Positions 11,350-25,012 of a stretch of DNA of 64,000 nt are shown piece after piece (position 1 is the stretch's first letter; each line of letters begins with the position of its first letter). Position numbers and translations under genes: made by a program. Origin of the DNA: Anthoceros angustus (Eukaryota > Plantae > Anthocerotophyta); assembly GCA_010909165.1 (NCBI GenBank), contig MU008187.1, positions 376,247-440,246 on the forward strand. The letters run 5' to 3'. Below the pieces are notes generated by a model. That model saw only the letters and a program-made list of their open reading frames with translations, had not been told where the DNA came from and did no database searches.

Positions 11350-12513
11350 ATGTACTTTGCCATATGGCACAAAAGTGTGGCACCAAAGCATGCTTGCACC
11401 CTTGTAGGCTTATTTCGACAAGCTATTGATGAAGTTGGCCTTCAAAATGTGGTTCAAGTAAACATTGTTACAGACGCAGTGGCAAATTGCAAATGTACTG
11501 ATGAGATCATTGTAGCACAATATCCTAGTATGGTGTGGACTCCTTGCTCGGCTCACATCTTGGACTTATTGTTGGAAGCACTTGGTAGTATTAACTGGAT
11601 ACAGCCTATCAATCAACGAGCACAACGTGTGGTTCAGTTTATTACAACACATCATACAACCTTAGCAATATTTCGGGTGCACTAAAATGTAGAGCTTTTG
11701 AAGCCGCAACTACTAGATTTACCAGTCATCACATATGCTTGGAGTGTCTTATTCAATTTGAGTGAAGAATAATCTTCAAGAGACCATTGTGATTGAATCT
11801 TGGGAAACTTGGCGTCCTTCTAGCTTGAGAGCACTTGAGCTGAAAGGTCAGGTCAAATTGGACATAAGGCTGTGGATGGGAATGAAGGCAATCCTTTCCA
11901 TCGCCGTACCCTTCGTGAAGTTATTAGGCTTGTCGATGGGGCTGGTCAGGTTATGGGACAAGTCTATCCAGCTATGGTGGCATCAAGAACTGAGGTGCTT
12001 GACTTGTCTCATGTGCTTCGGCAAGACAAGGCTCAAGAGATTCTCGCTATCACTCACAAGAAGTGGGAGAAGTGGGAGCAACTTCATCAACCTATCCATG
12101 CTCTTGCTTATATCTTGGATCCTAAGTATAAAGGGGATGGCCAAGAAACGAATGCAATGATCATGTCTGGTCTTCATTCTTACCTTGATGCAACTATGGG
12201 TGTAAGTTCCAGGATACAACAAGTGATCCGTGAACAACTTGGCCTATACAAAAGCAAAAATGGCTTATTGGGATCAAATCAAGCACAAGTTGACAGGGCA
12301 ACTATGCTACCTACCCGGTGGTGGGAGAACTATGCAGCTTCAACACCTCAACTCCAAAAGCTTGCTATTCGTATCTTGTCCCAATCCTCTAACTCTTCTA
12401 CTTGTGAAAGAGCATGGAGCACATATGAACTCATTCATTCCAAAAAGAGAAACATGTTGACACTGGAACAAGATGAGAAGTTGGTGTATACACATATTAA
12501 TCTCATACTCTAG
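11350..12513 (+). pseudogene. hAT-family transposase remnant (DUF659 region + hAT dimerisation domain)
   Basis: IDEVGLQNVVQV..VTDAVANC..WTPCSAHILDLLLE; PIHALAYILDP; WWENY..PQLQKLAIRILSQSSNSSTCERAWSTYELIHSKKRNML; stop and frameshift at 11685-11870. Confidence 0.9.
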
Positions 12514-12866
12514 CAAAGGTGGAGGCAAGTTTGCAATATCTTGTAGAAGAGACCCTTGAAGGACATGATGAGGAGGAGGCATAGCAACAACTTGGTACAT
12601 TTTTTACGTACCGCATACCTATGCCTGGGGCCTCCATAGAGTTGTTTCTCATCCCTCAATGTAGATGGGACTTCCCATCTCTTTCTGCATATTTGTAAAG
12701 TCTCCATTTAAAAAAAACAGCCGAGCACATAAAGTGAATTTTGAAGTAACGATCCAAGGAGGAAGATGAGAAACAAACGTTTGGTTTGGTTGCCGGTTCC
12801 CGCCAAAACTGGGAAGGTGGACGAGGCGAGGCGGATGGTTGGAGGAAGCAGGCGGGCATCGGCACA

Positions 12867-15800
12867 ATGTTCCTCAAGGAGATCACGCTGGAAGGCTTCA
12901 AATCGTACGCGACGCGCACGCAAGTGCTGGGATTCGATCCCTTCTTCAACGCGATCACGGGACTCAATGGCTCCGGCAAGTCCAACATTCTGGACTCCAT
13001 CTGCTTCGTGCTGGGCATCACCAACCTCCAGCAGGTGCGCGCCAGCAACATGCAGGAGCTGGTGTACAAGCACGGCCAGGCCGGGGTCACCAAGGCCACC
13101 GTCTCTATCACCTTCGACAACTCGGACCGCGCAAGGAGCCCCATCGGCTTCCAGGACTGCGCCGAGATCACTGTCACCCGCCAGGTGGGTGATGCTATGC
13201 TGGCCAGGGCAGGGCAGGGCATCGCCTTGGCTTTGGTCTTCGCATTTGCGCATTTTGGGCTCACGCATTCCTCGCCTTTGCAGATTGTGGTGGGGGGGCG
13301 GAACAAGTACCTCATCAACGGGCACCTGGCGCAGCCCAGCCGCGTGCAGAACCTCTTCCACTCCGTGCAGCTCAATGTGAACAACCCGCACTTCCTCATC
13401 ATGCAAGGGCGCATCACCAAGGTGCTCAACATGAAGCCGCCCGAGACGCTGTCCATGCTGGAGGAGGCGGCGGGCACCCGGATGTACGAGAACAAGAAGG
13501 AGGCCGCGCTCAAGACCCTGGAGAAGAAGCAGTCCAAGGTGGACGAGATCGACAACGTGCTGGCCCAGCAGCTGCTGCCCGCACTGGAGAAGCTGCGCAA
13601 GGAACGGGCGCAGTACATGGAGTGGTCCCACGCCCGAGAGGAGCTGGCCAGCCTGGAGAGGTTCTGCACGGCTTTCCAGTTCGTGCAGGCGGAGAGCCTC
13701 AAGAACAGCGCCCTTGGGGAGATGCAGCATATTAAGGCCAGGATTGCGGAGCTAAGGGAGCAGATGAAGGAGCTGCAACGGGCTGTGGCGGAGAAGGAGC
13801 AGGCCATCAATGTGCTTGTGGAGCAGAAGGAGAAGATGAACAGCCAGAGCCTGAAGCACCTGACTGACAAGGCTGACAAGGTTTCCAATGCCCTTGTGAA
13901 GGAGACGTCTGCGTTTGATAATCTCAAGGACGCCCTGGATACTGATAAGGCTGCTCAGGAGAAGGTGAGCAGGGGGTTTGTTGTTATCCTCTTGGGGGTT
14001 TTTTTCTCTTCTGCCATCGTCTCACTCACTCATCCTTTTGTTGCTGGTCTGGAGTTCTTCAGCTTCGGAGAACACTGGAGGAGTTGGATCAAGGGGTCCT
14101 TGAGAAGGCAGCCGCTGTTCAGCAGTCGGAGGATTCTGCTTCTGGGTTGAGGGAGAAGGTGGATGTGCTGATCAGGACGTCAGCAGAGTTTGAAAGTGAG
14201 CTGCAGGTACGGCAGTGAAAAGCTGAAAGGAGGTTTGAGGATTCTAAGTTGTTGGCTTGGTCGAACGGCTCACTCTCTGCCTTAGTGTTGGTAACAATTT
14301 TGGTTCAGGGCGTTCGAGTGGGGAAGAGCGGAGGTGCCGATGAAAAGAGCCTGGCAGACCAGCTTGGTGATGCAAAAGCTGCCGCCAGTAAAGCAGGAAC
14401 GGAAATCCAACAGGCCAACACTAAGATCCAGTATTTGGCTAAGGAACTTGAGGAGAAAAAGAGGCAACTATCCTCGAAGCAGCATGAGGCTGCGTCTTTG
14501 CAGAATGAGCTCGAAGCCCGGAGGGCTGAGGTGAGTCGAATTAAAGCAGACGTGGAGGACATCCAGTACGAAGAGGGCTCAATGGAGAGGTTGGAGCAGG
14601 TAAATGCACGGGTTTTTTCTTTTGCTTGGGTTGTGAGGGATTTCTGCTCCGACGAACCGTCTTCCCTCTCCCCTGATGTTGCCAGACATTATTGTGATGC
14701 TTTCAGGCTCGTACAGCAGAAGCGGAGGTCGTGCAAAGACTTAAAGCGGAAATTAATGAGCTACGAGGGGGTTTAAGTGGAGTTCACTTTGCTTACGAAG
14801 ACCCAGTGAGGGATTTTGATCGCTCCAAAGTGAAAGGAGTGGTTGCTCGCCTCTTTCATGTGAAGGACCCAAGGGCTATGACTGCACTTGAGGTGTGCTA
14901 TGACCTCACCTTGTTCATTTCCACCAGCATAGGGTGGCTCTTGTCACAACGTCCAGCAGGTTGCTGCAGGAGGGAAGATGTATCAAGTAGTTGTGGACTC
15001 TGAGGTCACGGGAAAGCTACTCTTTGAAAAGGGTGGTCTTCGGCGAAGGGTTACCATAATCCCTTTGAACAAAATCCAGCAAAGTACGGTTCCTCAACGG
15101 GTTCAAGCAGCTGCTAGCAGATTGGTAAAGAGCTAGCTCAAGCTTTCCTTCAGTGAGCTAAGTCCACGGGTTCTGATGTTAATATTTTGTGCTGCTTGTG
15201 CTGTGTAGGTAGGATCAGATAACGCTAAACTTGCCCTGTCACTCATTTCCTTTGATGGCGAGCTCCAGGTGCTCAACTCCCCACGCACAGAGTCAGTTTG
15301 TGGGACCATAGGATATCTTATGCTAACGAACTACTTAGGAGGGCTGCGGGCTTGATGTTTTGTGCTGCCTCTCTTTCTGTGCAGGCAGCCATGGGCTTTG
15401 TGTTCGGAAACACCTTCGTTTGCAGTGACTCCAATACCGCAAAGCAGGTAAGTGTCCCGGTGGGTGGTTTCCCATGGTCTGGGGTCTGGAAAGGTTTATG
15501 TAAGAGAGTCAATTAATTCTTGTGCAGGTGGCTTTTCATCGAGACATCCAGACATCTTCAGTGACTTTAGAAGGTGATATATTTCGACCAAGCGGGCTTC
15601 TCACTGGGGGCAGCCGCAAGTAATGCCTTCCTCGTTGTTAGTTTTCCTCTGGTTTGTAGATGTTGCAAGTTGCGGAGCTTGAAAGAGCTTATCGACAAAT
15701 CGTTTTGGACTGGTGCAGCGGAGGTGGCGAACTACTAAGGAAACTCCATGCCTTGTCTGAAGCCGAGCATGGGCTATCAACTCACATGGACAAGCTTGCT

Positions 15801-18154
15801 GACATTGAAAGACAGGTAACATCTATCAACGGTTGCTCTGACGTAATCTTGGGGCTGTCTCTCCTCAGACTCGGATCTTGACCTAACCACCTCAGTCACC
15901 TGGCTAGATTGCTAGTCTATTGCCTCTGCAGAAGCAATATAGCAACCTGAGATCACGATTGGAATTGAAGGAATACGACCTCACGCTCTGCGAATCTCGT
16001 GCCCTACAAAGTGAACATCATAAGGTACTGTAAACATTTATTGAGCTGACCATTATTGTGCTGGGTAGTAACGGCTGCCCTTTTCTTATGGAAGCAATCT
16101 TCAGGTTATGGCCATCGCAGCTGTTTTAATCGTGCTTTAGCTCAGTGAAACTGTTGCAGCATTGGCAACCCAGCTGGATAAGGAAAGGTGTGAAGCAACT
16201 CAGAAAGAGGAGAGTCATAGAGTTTGCTTGGAAACTGTTGCCGATCTACAGCAAAGGATCAACGAGCATGGTCGAGATCGTGAATCTCGAATTGCGGCCC
16301 TGGAAAGCAGAATCAAAGCAATTAAGCAGGAACTTGGCGCGGCCACCAAGCAGTTGAAGGTAGATTTAAACCGTTGCCATGAGCTGAGCTGCCAGTTCGT
16401 GAAGACATTCTGAATTGACTTATCTTCTCAACTGAACAGGCTCTCGAAGGAACAAGAGAGAGACTGCTGATGGAAAAAGAAGCAGCCATTCAGGAGAAGC
16501 AGTCAGTTGTCACTCAGCTGTCATCTGCTGAGGCTCATATCGAGGCCATGATGGTCCAGCTTGCTTCTCACACCTCAAAGGTACGGACGGTTTTCGGTGA
16601 ATTGTCCTTCAATTGCCCAGTAGCTATAAAGATCTGCAGACCAGAGCAATCTGTGCGTTCAATGAGCAGCATTATTTGGACTGGCTACAGATCAATACGA
16701 TCAAGCAGGAGTATGACAAGATTCAGGAAGAGATCAATCAAAGTCGGTCCAAAATGAAGGAATGCGATGCTGAGATAAATAGCATGTCCAAGGATCGTTC
16801 CAAGCTTGAGCAGAAGGTGACGGAGAGCAATCTGGACGTGAAGAAATTGGAAAACCAGGTCGGGTGAATTCGCATATCCTTTTAGTGTGCCTTGTGTTAA
16901 TCTGGATGGGGACATGTAAGCAAGGTCCACGAATTGCAGGTAAGGCGCATGGAGGATGCGCAAAAAGACTCTGCCAAGACTGTGGAAGATCTGCTGAAGA
17001 AACATGAATGGATTGCATCGGAGAAACAGCTGTTTGGTAAGCCCGGAACAAACTATGACTTCTCTGTACGGAATCCACAACAGGCGAGAGAGCAGCTGGA
17101 GGCGAGGCGCCAGGAACAGGATAAGTGCGCAGCAGCTCTCTCTAAACCACTAAACAGGATTTGTTTGATCTGGCAATTCTCCGGTTCTCATCCTGAACGT
17201 ATGATCCCAGGGCCGAGAAAACCATCAACAAGAAAGCCATGAACATGTTCGAAAAAGCCGAGACAGATTTCAACGAGCTCATGAAAAAGAAGACCATCAT
17301 CGAGGTTTCTCTCTTCACAATCTGATCGAGATTTGATTCAGCAATGTGCATGTTGACTCAGCAGCATCTTCTGTTTGTTTGCACAGAACGACAAGCAAAA
17401 GATTCAGACTGTAATTCGTGAGCTCGACGAGAAGAAGAAACAGGCGCTTCAAGTGACCTGGCAGAAAGTGAACAAGTAAGGCTTGCAGTATCCTGTGCGT
17501 TCCTTGTAACCGCAGTTCACTTCTCCTTGTGAATTACAACAAACCTGGTATGTGCAGGGACTTCGGTTCCATCTTCTCCACTCTACTGCCTGGTACAATG
17601 GCCAAGCTTGATCCACCCGAAGGAGGCGACTTCCTGGACGGATTGGAGGTTCGAGTGGCCTTCGGAAGCGTCTGGAAGCAGTCTCTCTCGGAACTGAGCG
17701 GGGGCCAACGTTCTCTGCTTGCACTTTCGCTCATCCTGGCCCTGCTCTTGTTCAAACCTGCTCCACTCTACATCCTGGACGAGGTACCGCTCTCCTCTTG
17801 ACTCCTCCATAGTCTGCATTCTCCTAGCAGCCTTCCAAGATCTTATGCTTCCTGCCCGTCCTTTCTCAGGTGGATGCCGCTCTGGACCTGAGCCACACTC
17901 AGAACATCGGTCGCATGATCAAATCTCACTTCCCTCACTCACAGGTCTGTGCCTCCACATAGTGACATTAGCTCAGAGCTTCAAGATCCACGTTCATGTC
18001 AGGACGCAGTATGACACCCTCCTTCCACCTGTTGCCTTGCCAGTTCATAGTGGTGTCTCTCAAGGAAGGAATGTTCAACAACGCAAATGTCATCTTTCGT
18101 ACCAAATTCGTGGACGGGGTATCCACAGTCACGCGGACAGTTCCAAACAGATGA
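12867..18154 (+). CDS. SMC2: Structural maintenance of chromosomes protein 2 (condensin CAP-E), multi-exon
   Basis: [14 protein letters not shown], Walker [20 protein letters not shown], hinge (KVKGVVARL; [19 protein letters not shown]), [51 protein letters not shown]; GT-AG introns. Confidence 0.97.
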
Positions 18155-18593
18155 GAAAGCTGCCGCTGCTGGTGACGGAAGACCTGTATTATAATATGCT
18201 GTATTATTGTTACACAAATCGTGAGCATGCTACTTGTACTGATGTGCAAAGGCCCTATCGACAGGGTGAGCACAGAAATGAGGCAGGCCCTTGATAATAT
18301 CTTTGCAAACAATGTTATATCTACCTGTTTAATCCTCAATGCAGAGCGCAGGTGTTGCTTAGCAACATCTTGGCATTGAGGCAAAACAGAGGGCAGCACG
18401 CATGAATCAAACTCCATGTACCTAGCTCAGAAAGAAAGAAGTCCAAACATTATAGCGCTGGTTTCCCTGAAGTGAAACCGAAAACGCAAAGCCATCTATC
18501 CGTAAGCGAATTCTGTGGTGCCCGCTGAATTCCATGGCGGGCAGGCCTTTATGAAGGGAGGCGCCTGGCTTGTGCGCCGGGGGGAAGCTCTCA

Positions 18594-20044
18594 TCAGCGG
18601 CGGCAGACGATACCGGAGGCGGAATCGGCAGAGGAGCAGGTGAGCTGCGGCTGGCGCTGCTGCAGAATCTCGGAAACGGGCTCAGAGGTGGTCCAGGACT
18701 GGAAGTTGGAGACGGAGCAGTCGGGAGCCATGAGCCGCGAGGTGACATAGCGGTAGGCGTTGCCGAGCGTGGGGAGATGCTGCCCGGGCTTCTTCTGCAG
18801 CATGCGGAATGTGGGAGCGTAGGTCTGGCCCAGGACGCCGTGCACCTGCGGCGACAGGCCGGCGAAGGAGAAGCTCACATCCAGATGCGCCATGCAGTCG
18901 TCCGGGCCGACGCCGTATCCGAACTTGATGCTCTCCTCCTGCGTCACCGGCGTGGCGTACACTGTGAGCGTCACCTTGCCCTCCACCTCGACCGTGGCCG
19001 AGTTCACCTGCCCCTGCGAGATCCGCACGCCGGCCTCCCTGGCCTCCCAGACCGCGCCGGGCGCGGGAGTGAGCTTCACGGACTCCGAGTTGAGGAGGAA
19101 GACGAGCTGGTTGACGCTGGCGTCCCAGGTGGCCACCTTCTTCACCCCGATGTAGAGCTGGTTGGAGCCGAAGAGGACTCCAAGAGACTGCACCCAGGTG
19201 AAGTCCCGCGGCATGCCCGGCGCCCGCAGCCCGATGAAGTGCGCGTTGATGTGCAGGTCTGTGTCGGACACGAGGCAGAAGTCCCCGCCCTTGTGGCCGT
19301 GGAAGTAGAAGGCCTCACCTTTCTGTGTTTTCATCACCGGATCCTTGCATACCGAGCCGTACCCGCACTTCTCTGCGTTTGTCTCAACACGGTGCATCCG
19401 ATGTAGGTCAGTTAACCATCTGAAATCAAGCAAGCATGCAAGGAAGCAAGCTGTGGAGCACGCGTATGCGAATTCAGTTGGAATGACGCAAGCAGGAAGC
19501 AAGCAAGCATGCTGCAAATTGAATTGTCACCTGGAGGAGGAGGAGACCACGCGTATGGTGGCCAGTGGTGGTGGTGGTGGTGGTGAGGAGGAGTCTTGTG
19601 GCCCGGAGGAGTCTTGGAGGGAGGCGTCTTGCTCGGAGGAATGCTGTAGGGGGGAGTCTTGCTCGGAGGGGTCTTGGAGGGAGGAGTCTTGCTCGGAGGA
19701 GTCTTAGACGGTGGCGTGTTGCTTGGAGGAGGAGTCTTGGACGGTGGAGTCTTGCTCGGAGGAGGAGTCTTGCTCGGAGGAGGAGTCTTCGACGGAGGCG
19801 TCTTGCTCGGAGGAGGAGTGTTGGACGGTGGCGTCTTGCTCGGCGGAGGCACGGAGCTTGGAGGAGCTTTTCCGGGGGGAGCCTTGGTAGGAGGAGGCTC
19901 AATCGCAGGGGGAGCCTTGCTAGGAGGCGTCTTCCCGCTAGGAGGTGGTGTTGGTGTTGGAGGTGAACCCGAAGCTGCGTGCACCCCCTCCAGGAGGAGG
20001 AGGAGCAGGAGCGCACCAGCGGCCCATTGCGGCAGCCGCGCCAT
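18594..20044 (-). CDS. Secreted Pro-rich (extensin-like) root-cap/LEA-related protein, 2 exons (20044-19531, 19372-18594)
   Basis: Signal peptide, SKTPP(P) repeats and His7. Then CKDP..FYFHGHKGGDFCLVSDTDLHINAHFIG..RDFTWVQSLG and DDCMAHLDVSFSF..VHGVLGQTY (Root_cap family). Confidence 0.9.
19555..19930 (-). repeat. Coding minisatellite (15/18 bp units; SKTPP/SKTPPP)
   Basis: Repeated ggagtcttgctcggagg units. Confidence 0.9.
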
Positions 20045-21725
20045 GTCCCTCACTCGAATTGGATCCACCAGTCGGTACTACCAGTGTGCACCGATCTGTG
20101 AAAGGCTCCGATGCAGCTGCGAGAAACGGCGAGTGCGGAGACTGCGAGCAGGAGCGGAGGATGAAAGATGCGTAGGTGGGATGGTGTATCTATACGCTTC
20201 GCTGTCAACGTTGAACGCATGTGTCCGCGTGCAAGCAGCTCAAGTTGGATTCCAAAGAGCTCTGCGTGCTGTGCCCGACGGCCGTGGCACAGTGCCGCCC
20301 TGCTTCTCCGGGAGTCGGCATCTTAATAAGCTTTCCAAATCACAGATAAATCTGCAAGCTGCTGGAACGCGGAACGCAAGGCCCAGCTTCAGCGGCGACA
20401 TCACATAATGCTCGGGGAGCTGCGATCTGGAGCCTTGTGGCCAAGTTGGAAGAAATGGAACAAAGTCCGGATCGGGAGGCACGCACATTAACTCCGGTAC
20501 GTGCGTGCATGAGAGGAAGGCTTGACTTCTGTGGGCTTCGCTCCTTGCGTCGGGAAAGCCGCACATTCAAGCTCTTCTCCGCTCCACATGCGCGGATCAT
20601 TTACTTATGTACATCCAATGTGCGTAATGAACAAGTGTTACGTCCTGCATGGTGCAGTTAGAAATGAAACGAAACTTCAGCGATCCCAGATCGTTTGCCT
20701 TCAGGTATGTTCTCCAACGCTGCCTGCAACGCTGCGACTTCAACCGATTTAATTCGCCCCGTGTTGGGCGTGGGATGTAACGAAAGTTTCTGCCACGCGT
20801 CCCAAATCGAACTTTCACTGTCGGCATAGCTTATCAGTCGTTCGCTTCCTCTTATCGCAGCCATTTCGAAAAGCGGCACTATAGTGACATCCCGGGCACT
20901 TGCCCGTATCAGAAGTCGTGCTGCCAATTACACACATTTGGGCCCATTCAAGCCTTTCAAGGCCACACCCCGAAAGGCTTCAACGTTCTCCCACAGTCCA
21001 CGACGTTGTGTTCAAGTTGTGACCTACTGCACCGAAAGGTCGTGAACCCCAAGACCCGGATGACATGCATAAGGACGGCACTGCCCTTTTGGCACAGCGC
21101 TCGAAAGGCAAGTCCTAGAAGAAGGGCATGGACGAGGTCAAAGAGAGAGCACCGTGCGACGCGGACATTATCTTTGGACCTCATATTCAAGAACGTTGAA
21201 CGGGCATCTCAGCTCCCTTACTTGACGCCAGGCTTGGCGTCAGGGTGTTTCCTGGATGTGGATGCAAATGGGCAGCCACGATCACCAATTCAGTGACCAC
21301 GCGTTTCAATCTGAAAGCAATTTGGGCTGCCCAGCATAAGAGTGACGGCAGAGTTACACGAACTCAGACAGCCAATCAGTCACGGGACTTGGAACCTACA
21401 CCTGGTATACCTGCTGACAAGGTGACTGTGTAGGAACATTTTAGCATCAGTCTGCAACAGATAGATGGAAAGTCGACTAATACTGGTCCCAGAAGCTGAC
21501 GTCAATTGGACCAGGCCTGCACTCAATCGCAAGAGCAACAGCAACCACTTGCAACCGAGAGTCAGTGAGCTGATAAGAATATCCCACCAGCATTGCTCAG
21601 CACCAGAGGGGCCTTGCCGGAGTGGAGGGAGGTAGGGAGGGATGCACTCCACATACGAGTATAGCATGTGGGGAGACCTCCACCCACCATGTTGGCTTCA
21701 ACGAATAAGGTCAAATGAAGCAAGG

Positions 21726-24258
21726 TCACACCTTGCTTAAATGACTGTCCAAATCGTACAGGTTTAGATCCTCCCTGGACTGAGTCCTGCGGCTCTGCAA
21801 ACACGAACCATCACGCTTATGTGAAGCGTAGCGGGGACGGCCCACACTTGTGGCTGTACTAGTTGAACCTGCTGCATCCGACTTTTGGAGCGTATCTGAG
21901 TCCAAAGAACTCTCTGATGACAAACCCAGATGATCCTGCTGATAAGGCTGTATGGAGGTCACTGGGAGCGGACTACCTGGCAGCTTCACACGGCCTTCGC
22001 CTGGAGAGGGTGCCACAACACACTTTCAGCACATGGAGAACAAGCAACTGTGCTAAGGTTAGCCCGCATACAGTGAGTGTTATTTGTGTGTACGACGGTC
22101 ATAATTTACACATACAACAGAAGAGGTGTCTTCACCAAGACTTATGAGAATGAAGGAAATGTATGAAGGGATGGATGAGCTTACCAGTAGGGCTAGGGCT
22201 GAAAATGGATCCAAAAGCCTTGGGAAAGCAGCCACTCTGACTGTTGGGCGAGTGCATAAACACTGGCCAATAAGATCGTCGCCACTGCCACATGATCCAC
22301 CGTCGGGAGCAGATGGATACGCACAGGAGGACTAACATGGCAAGCATCGCAATTATGAAAAGCAGTCCTTTCACGGTTATGGTATCCAAAATAAAGGGCA
22401 CTGCCAATGGCCCCTCTAAGCTTCTAGAATCCATCTCGCTGCTTGACGCTAGGGCACCTGCTTCAAGAAGCGCAGCACCAAGCGTCCAAGCGAAGCCACC
22501 CGAGTCAATCACAATCTGATTGTCGCTGAGATTCAGCCCGGACCTAAGTAGTGCCACCACATAGGGTGCCCTGAAACAATACTGCTCAATACTTGGCTGT
22601 GGCTCCACCCGACTGCGTGCTTCTTCCCAGGGTAGTACACAGTATTGTTGTGCCTTGAGCAAAAGCTCCTCGAGTGAGGCATCCGACTGCAGTCCAAAAA
22701 ACTTGTACACCACAAAGAAGCCTGATAGAGCAAAAAATTTACCGTTTGGATGTGGTTGATGTTTACCAAGAGCACAGGGTGTGGCATCACAAGGAGTAGG
22801 TGGCTCTGCAAGTCCCGGAAACTGGAGCACCTGCTTGGCAAGATCTGCGCACCCTTCCCAGTTCGGATCCCCGACTAGCTCAACCTGCACCTTCCACGCT
22901 GCTTCATCAAAGCTCGGCGGTCCTCCGCCCGGAAATGGATTTTTGACGGAGCTAACATATGCTTGCCTGTACCCGGCATGCAGACACGGATGCTTCAACT
23001 CAATCGGCTCCAGCTGACTAGAAAGAATCTCTGGCTTGTTCCCAATCCACCGCCTCAACAACGTGGCAACCGAATTTTGAAACGCATCGTTGAGCCCAAA
23101 CCCTTCATGAGAGTACGCATACAGCTGATGCTCCACTGTCCCCACACTCAAATTCACTCCATACTTGGCGTGGGGAGTCTCTCCGGGCTCGAACGTAACC
23201 TCCAACGAAGACCCACCCAAATCCAACGCACCGAACGTGGGCAACCCAGACGACTGACCCAACCTGTCCTGATTGTAATTCAGTGCAATCCATCCATAAG
23301 ACGCCTCCTCCACCCCGCTTATTATCCTAACCCAGCTCCTTCTACACAGAAACGACGATGACTCCAACACACTCCAAACCCTATCCAAAACCCACTTCGA
23401 ATCCGCAGAAGGCAACCTTCTGAGCCCAGCCGTGGCCAGCACAAAGACCGGAGTCGACCCATGCGCCCAAGCAGGAATCCTTTTCCCTGCCCAATCCAGC
23501 AGCGGCTCGAGCGCAGCCCTAACCCCCGTTTCATTGTGCAAGAGCTTATGCAGGCCCGGCTCCGTCTCCATCCGCTTATACGCCCGACCCTGCCTGTGCT
23601 GGTCCTCATGAGCCTCAGGCCGGAGCATCACCGGCAAAGAATCCCTCCCACGCGTCGAAGACCGAGCCCATCCGTACACATGTATCCTGGTCCCAGTGCT
23701 CCCGCAGTCCACCACAACAGCAAATTGCAGCTGCTCACTGTGAAGCCCATAGTCGCTCCACCGGTACGCCAGAAACAACCCCACGAACAGCAGCAGCGAC
23801 AGCAGCACCAGCAAGGAACCCCTGGAACACCACTGAGCTCCCGAAACCTGAGGAACCACAAGCGGGGACAAAACAGTAGCTGTAGATCCGCCTCCGCCTC
23901 CGCCCCCGCCCTTGGCCACACCACCTCCGCTCTTCGGCAGCCGGAACGGCAGACTCCCTCCTCTGGAGATGTGATACACAGGCAGCGACTTTTCAAGCGA
24001 GTCCGCGGAGTCCTGGTAGGGGCTGGCCTCCAAGGAGGTGGCGGGATAGGTCCTGTAAGAGGTGAAATCCTGCACAGAAGAGTACGATCTCCACCCGACT
24101 GCATCCCGCCTGTAACTCGCCCTGGAGTAGCCCGACTGCGGGGTCACCGTGCTGGACGTGACGGAAGCTGCCGGCAGAGGCGACATGGAGACGGCAGACT
24201 GCGGGGGCACCGGCAGGGGAGCCTGGGAGGCCTTGGGGCCGCCATTGTTGCCATCCAT
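21726..24258 (-). CDS. APY7: Apyrase, GDA1/CD39 family, APY7-like; exons 24258-22185 and 22000-21726
   Basis: ACR motifs VVVDCGSTGTRIHVY, ATAGLR, GVEEASYGWIALNY, GALDLGGSSLEVTF, WTLGA; two TM helices; C-terminal GEGRVKLP..LQSRRTQSREDL. Confidence 0.93.
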
Positions 24259-25012
24259 AGCAGATCTCAGAAAACAGAAACAGCAGCGTCGGAGAGCAGG
24301 ATGCGTGCTTCTTCCTGGAAGCCGCGGGCACGCCCATCCCTGGTCACCCCAGCCTCCTCCTTGCTCCAATTCCAACCTCTCTTCTCCTGCTCCTCGGCGC
24401 GCTGCCTCCTCTCATCTTCCGGCCTGCCTCAACGTATGTAGGAAATCAGGCGAGGCAGCGCCGTCTGAGCCATGCATTCCGCTCGATCATTGGAAGGCGT
24501 AGCAAGGAATGTCACCCGCCGGGGCTCGGGGAGTACATCTGTGCGAGGCCCATGCTGTATACCGCGCGCCAATGTGGGGCAGCAGGGCTCCTGGCCTGGC
24601 CTGCGCCGTGTTACTCTGCCACACAGTGCAAAAACTAAGCAAAGCACTGACTTACTTGCCCGCCTCTGCGCCAAGATAGACGAAGGAGCTGAAAAGATAG
24701 ACGAAGGAGAGCCTTCTCTCTTCCCACTGCTGCGATTAATTCCGCGTACCGAGTAGTATATATCTGCACGGCCCACACGCCTCGTCCGCGTCATGGGATA
24801 TGTAAATAGGCAGACAGCAGAGACTGCTGGTTACAACTTACACACATACCGAAATAACAAAATTTGAGGAGCATGAACCTGAAATCACTAGGTAGTCTAA
24901 GTAAGCTGCTCTGATGAATCCCGGTCGCGGCTCGAACCCATCTGGATGCTGCTGGCGTGGAGTGACAGGCGCCCTCGTGGAAGTTCCACCCATTCGTGGC
25001 TCGTGACCTTCA

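Noticed and set aside
12656-13927. 423 aa and 340 aa minus-strand ORFs
   Set aside because: Antisense shadows of GC-rich SMC2 exons.
23461-24441. 326 aa plus-strand ORF
   Set aside because: Antisense shadow of the apyrase exon.
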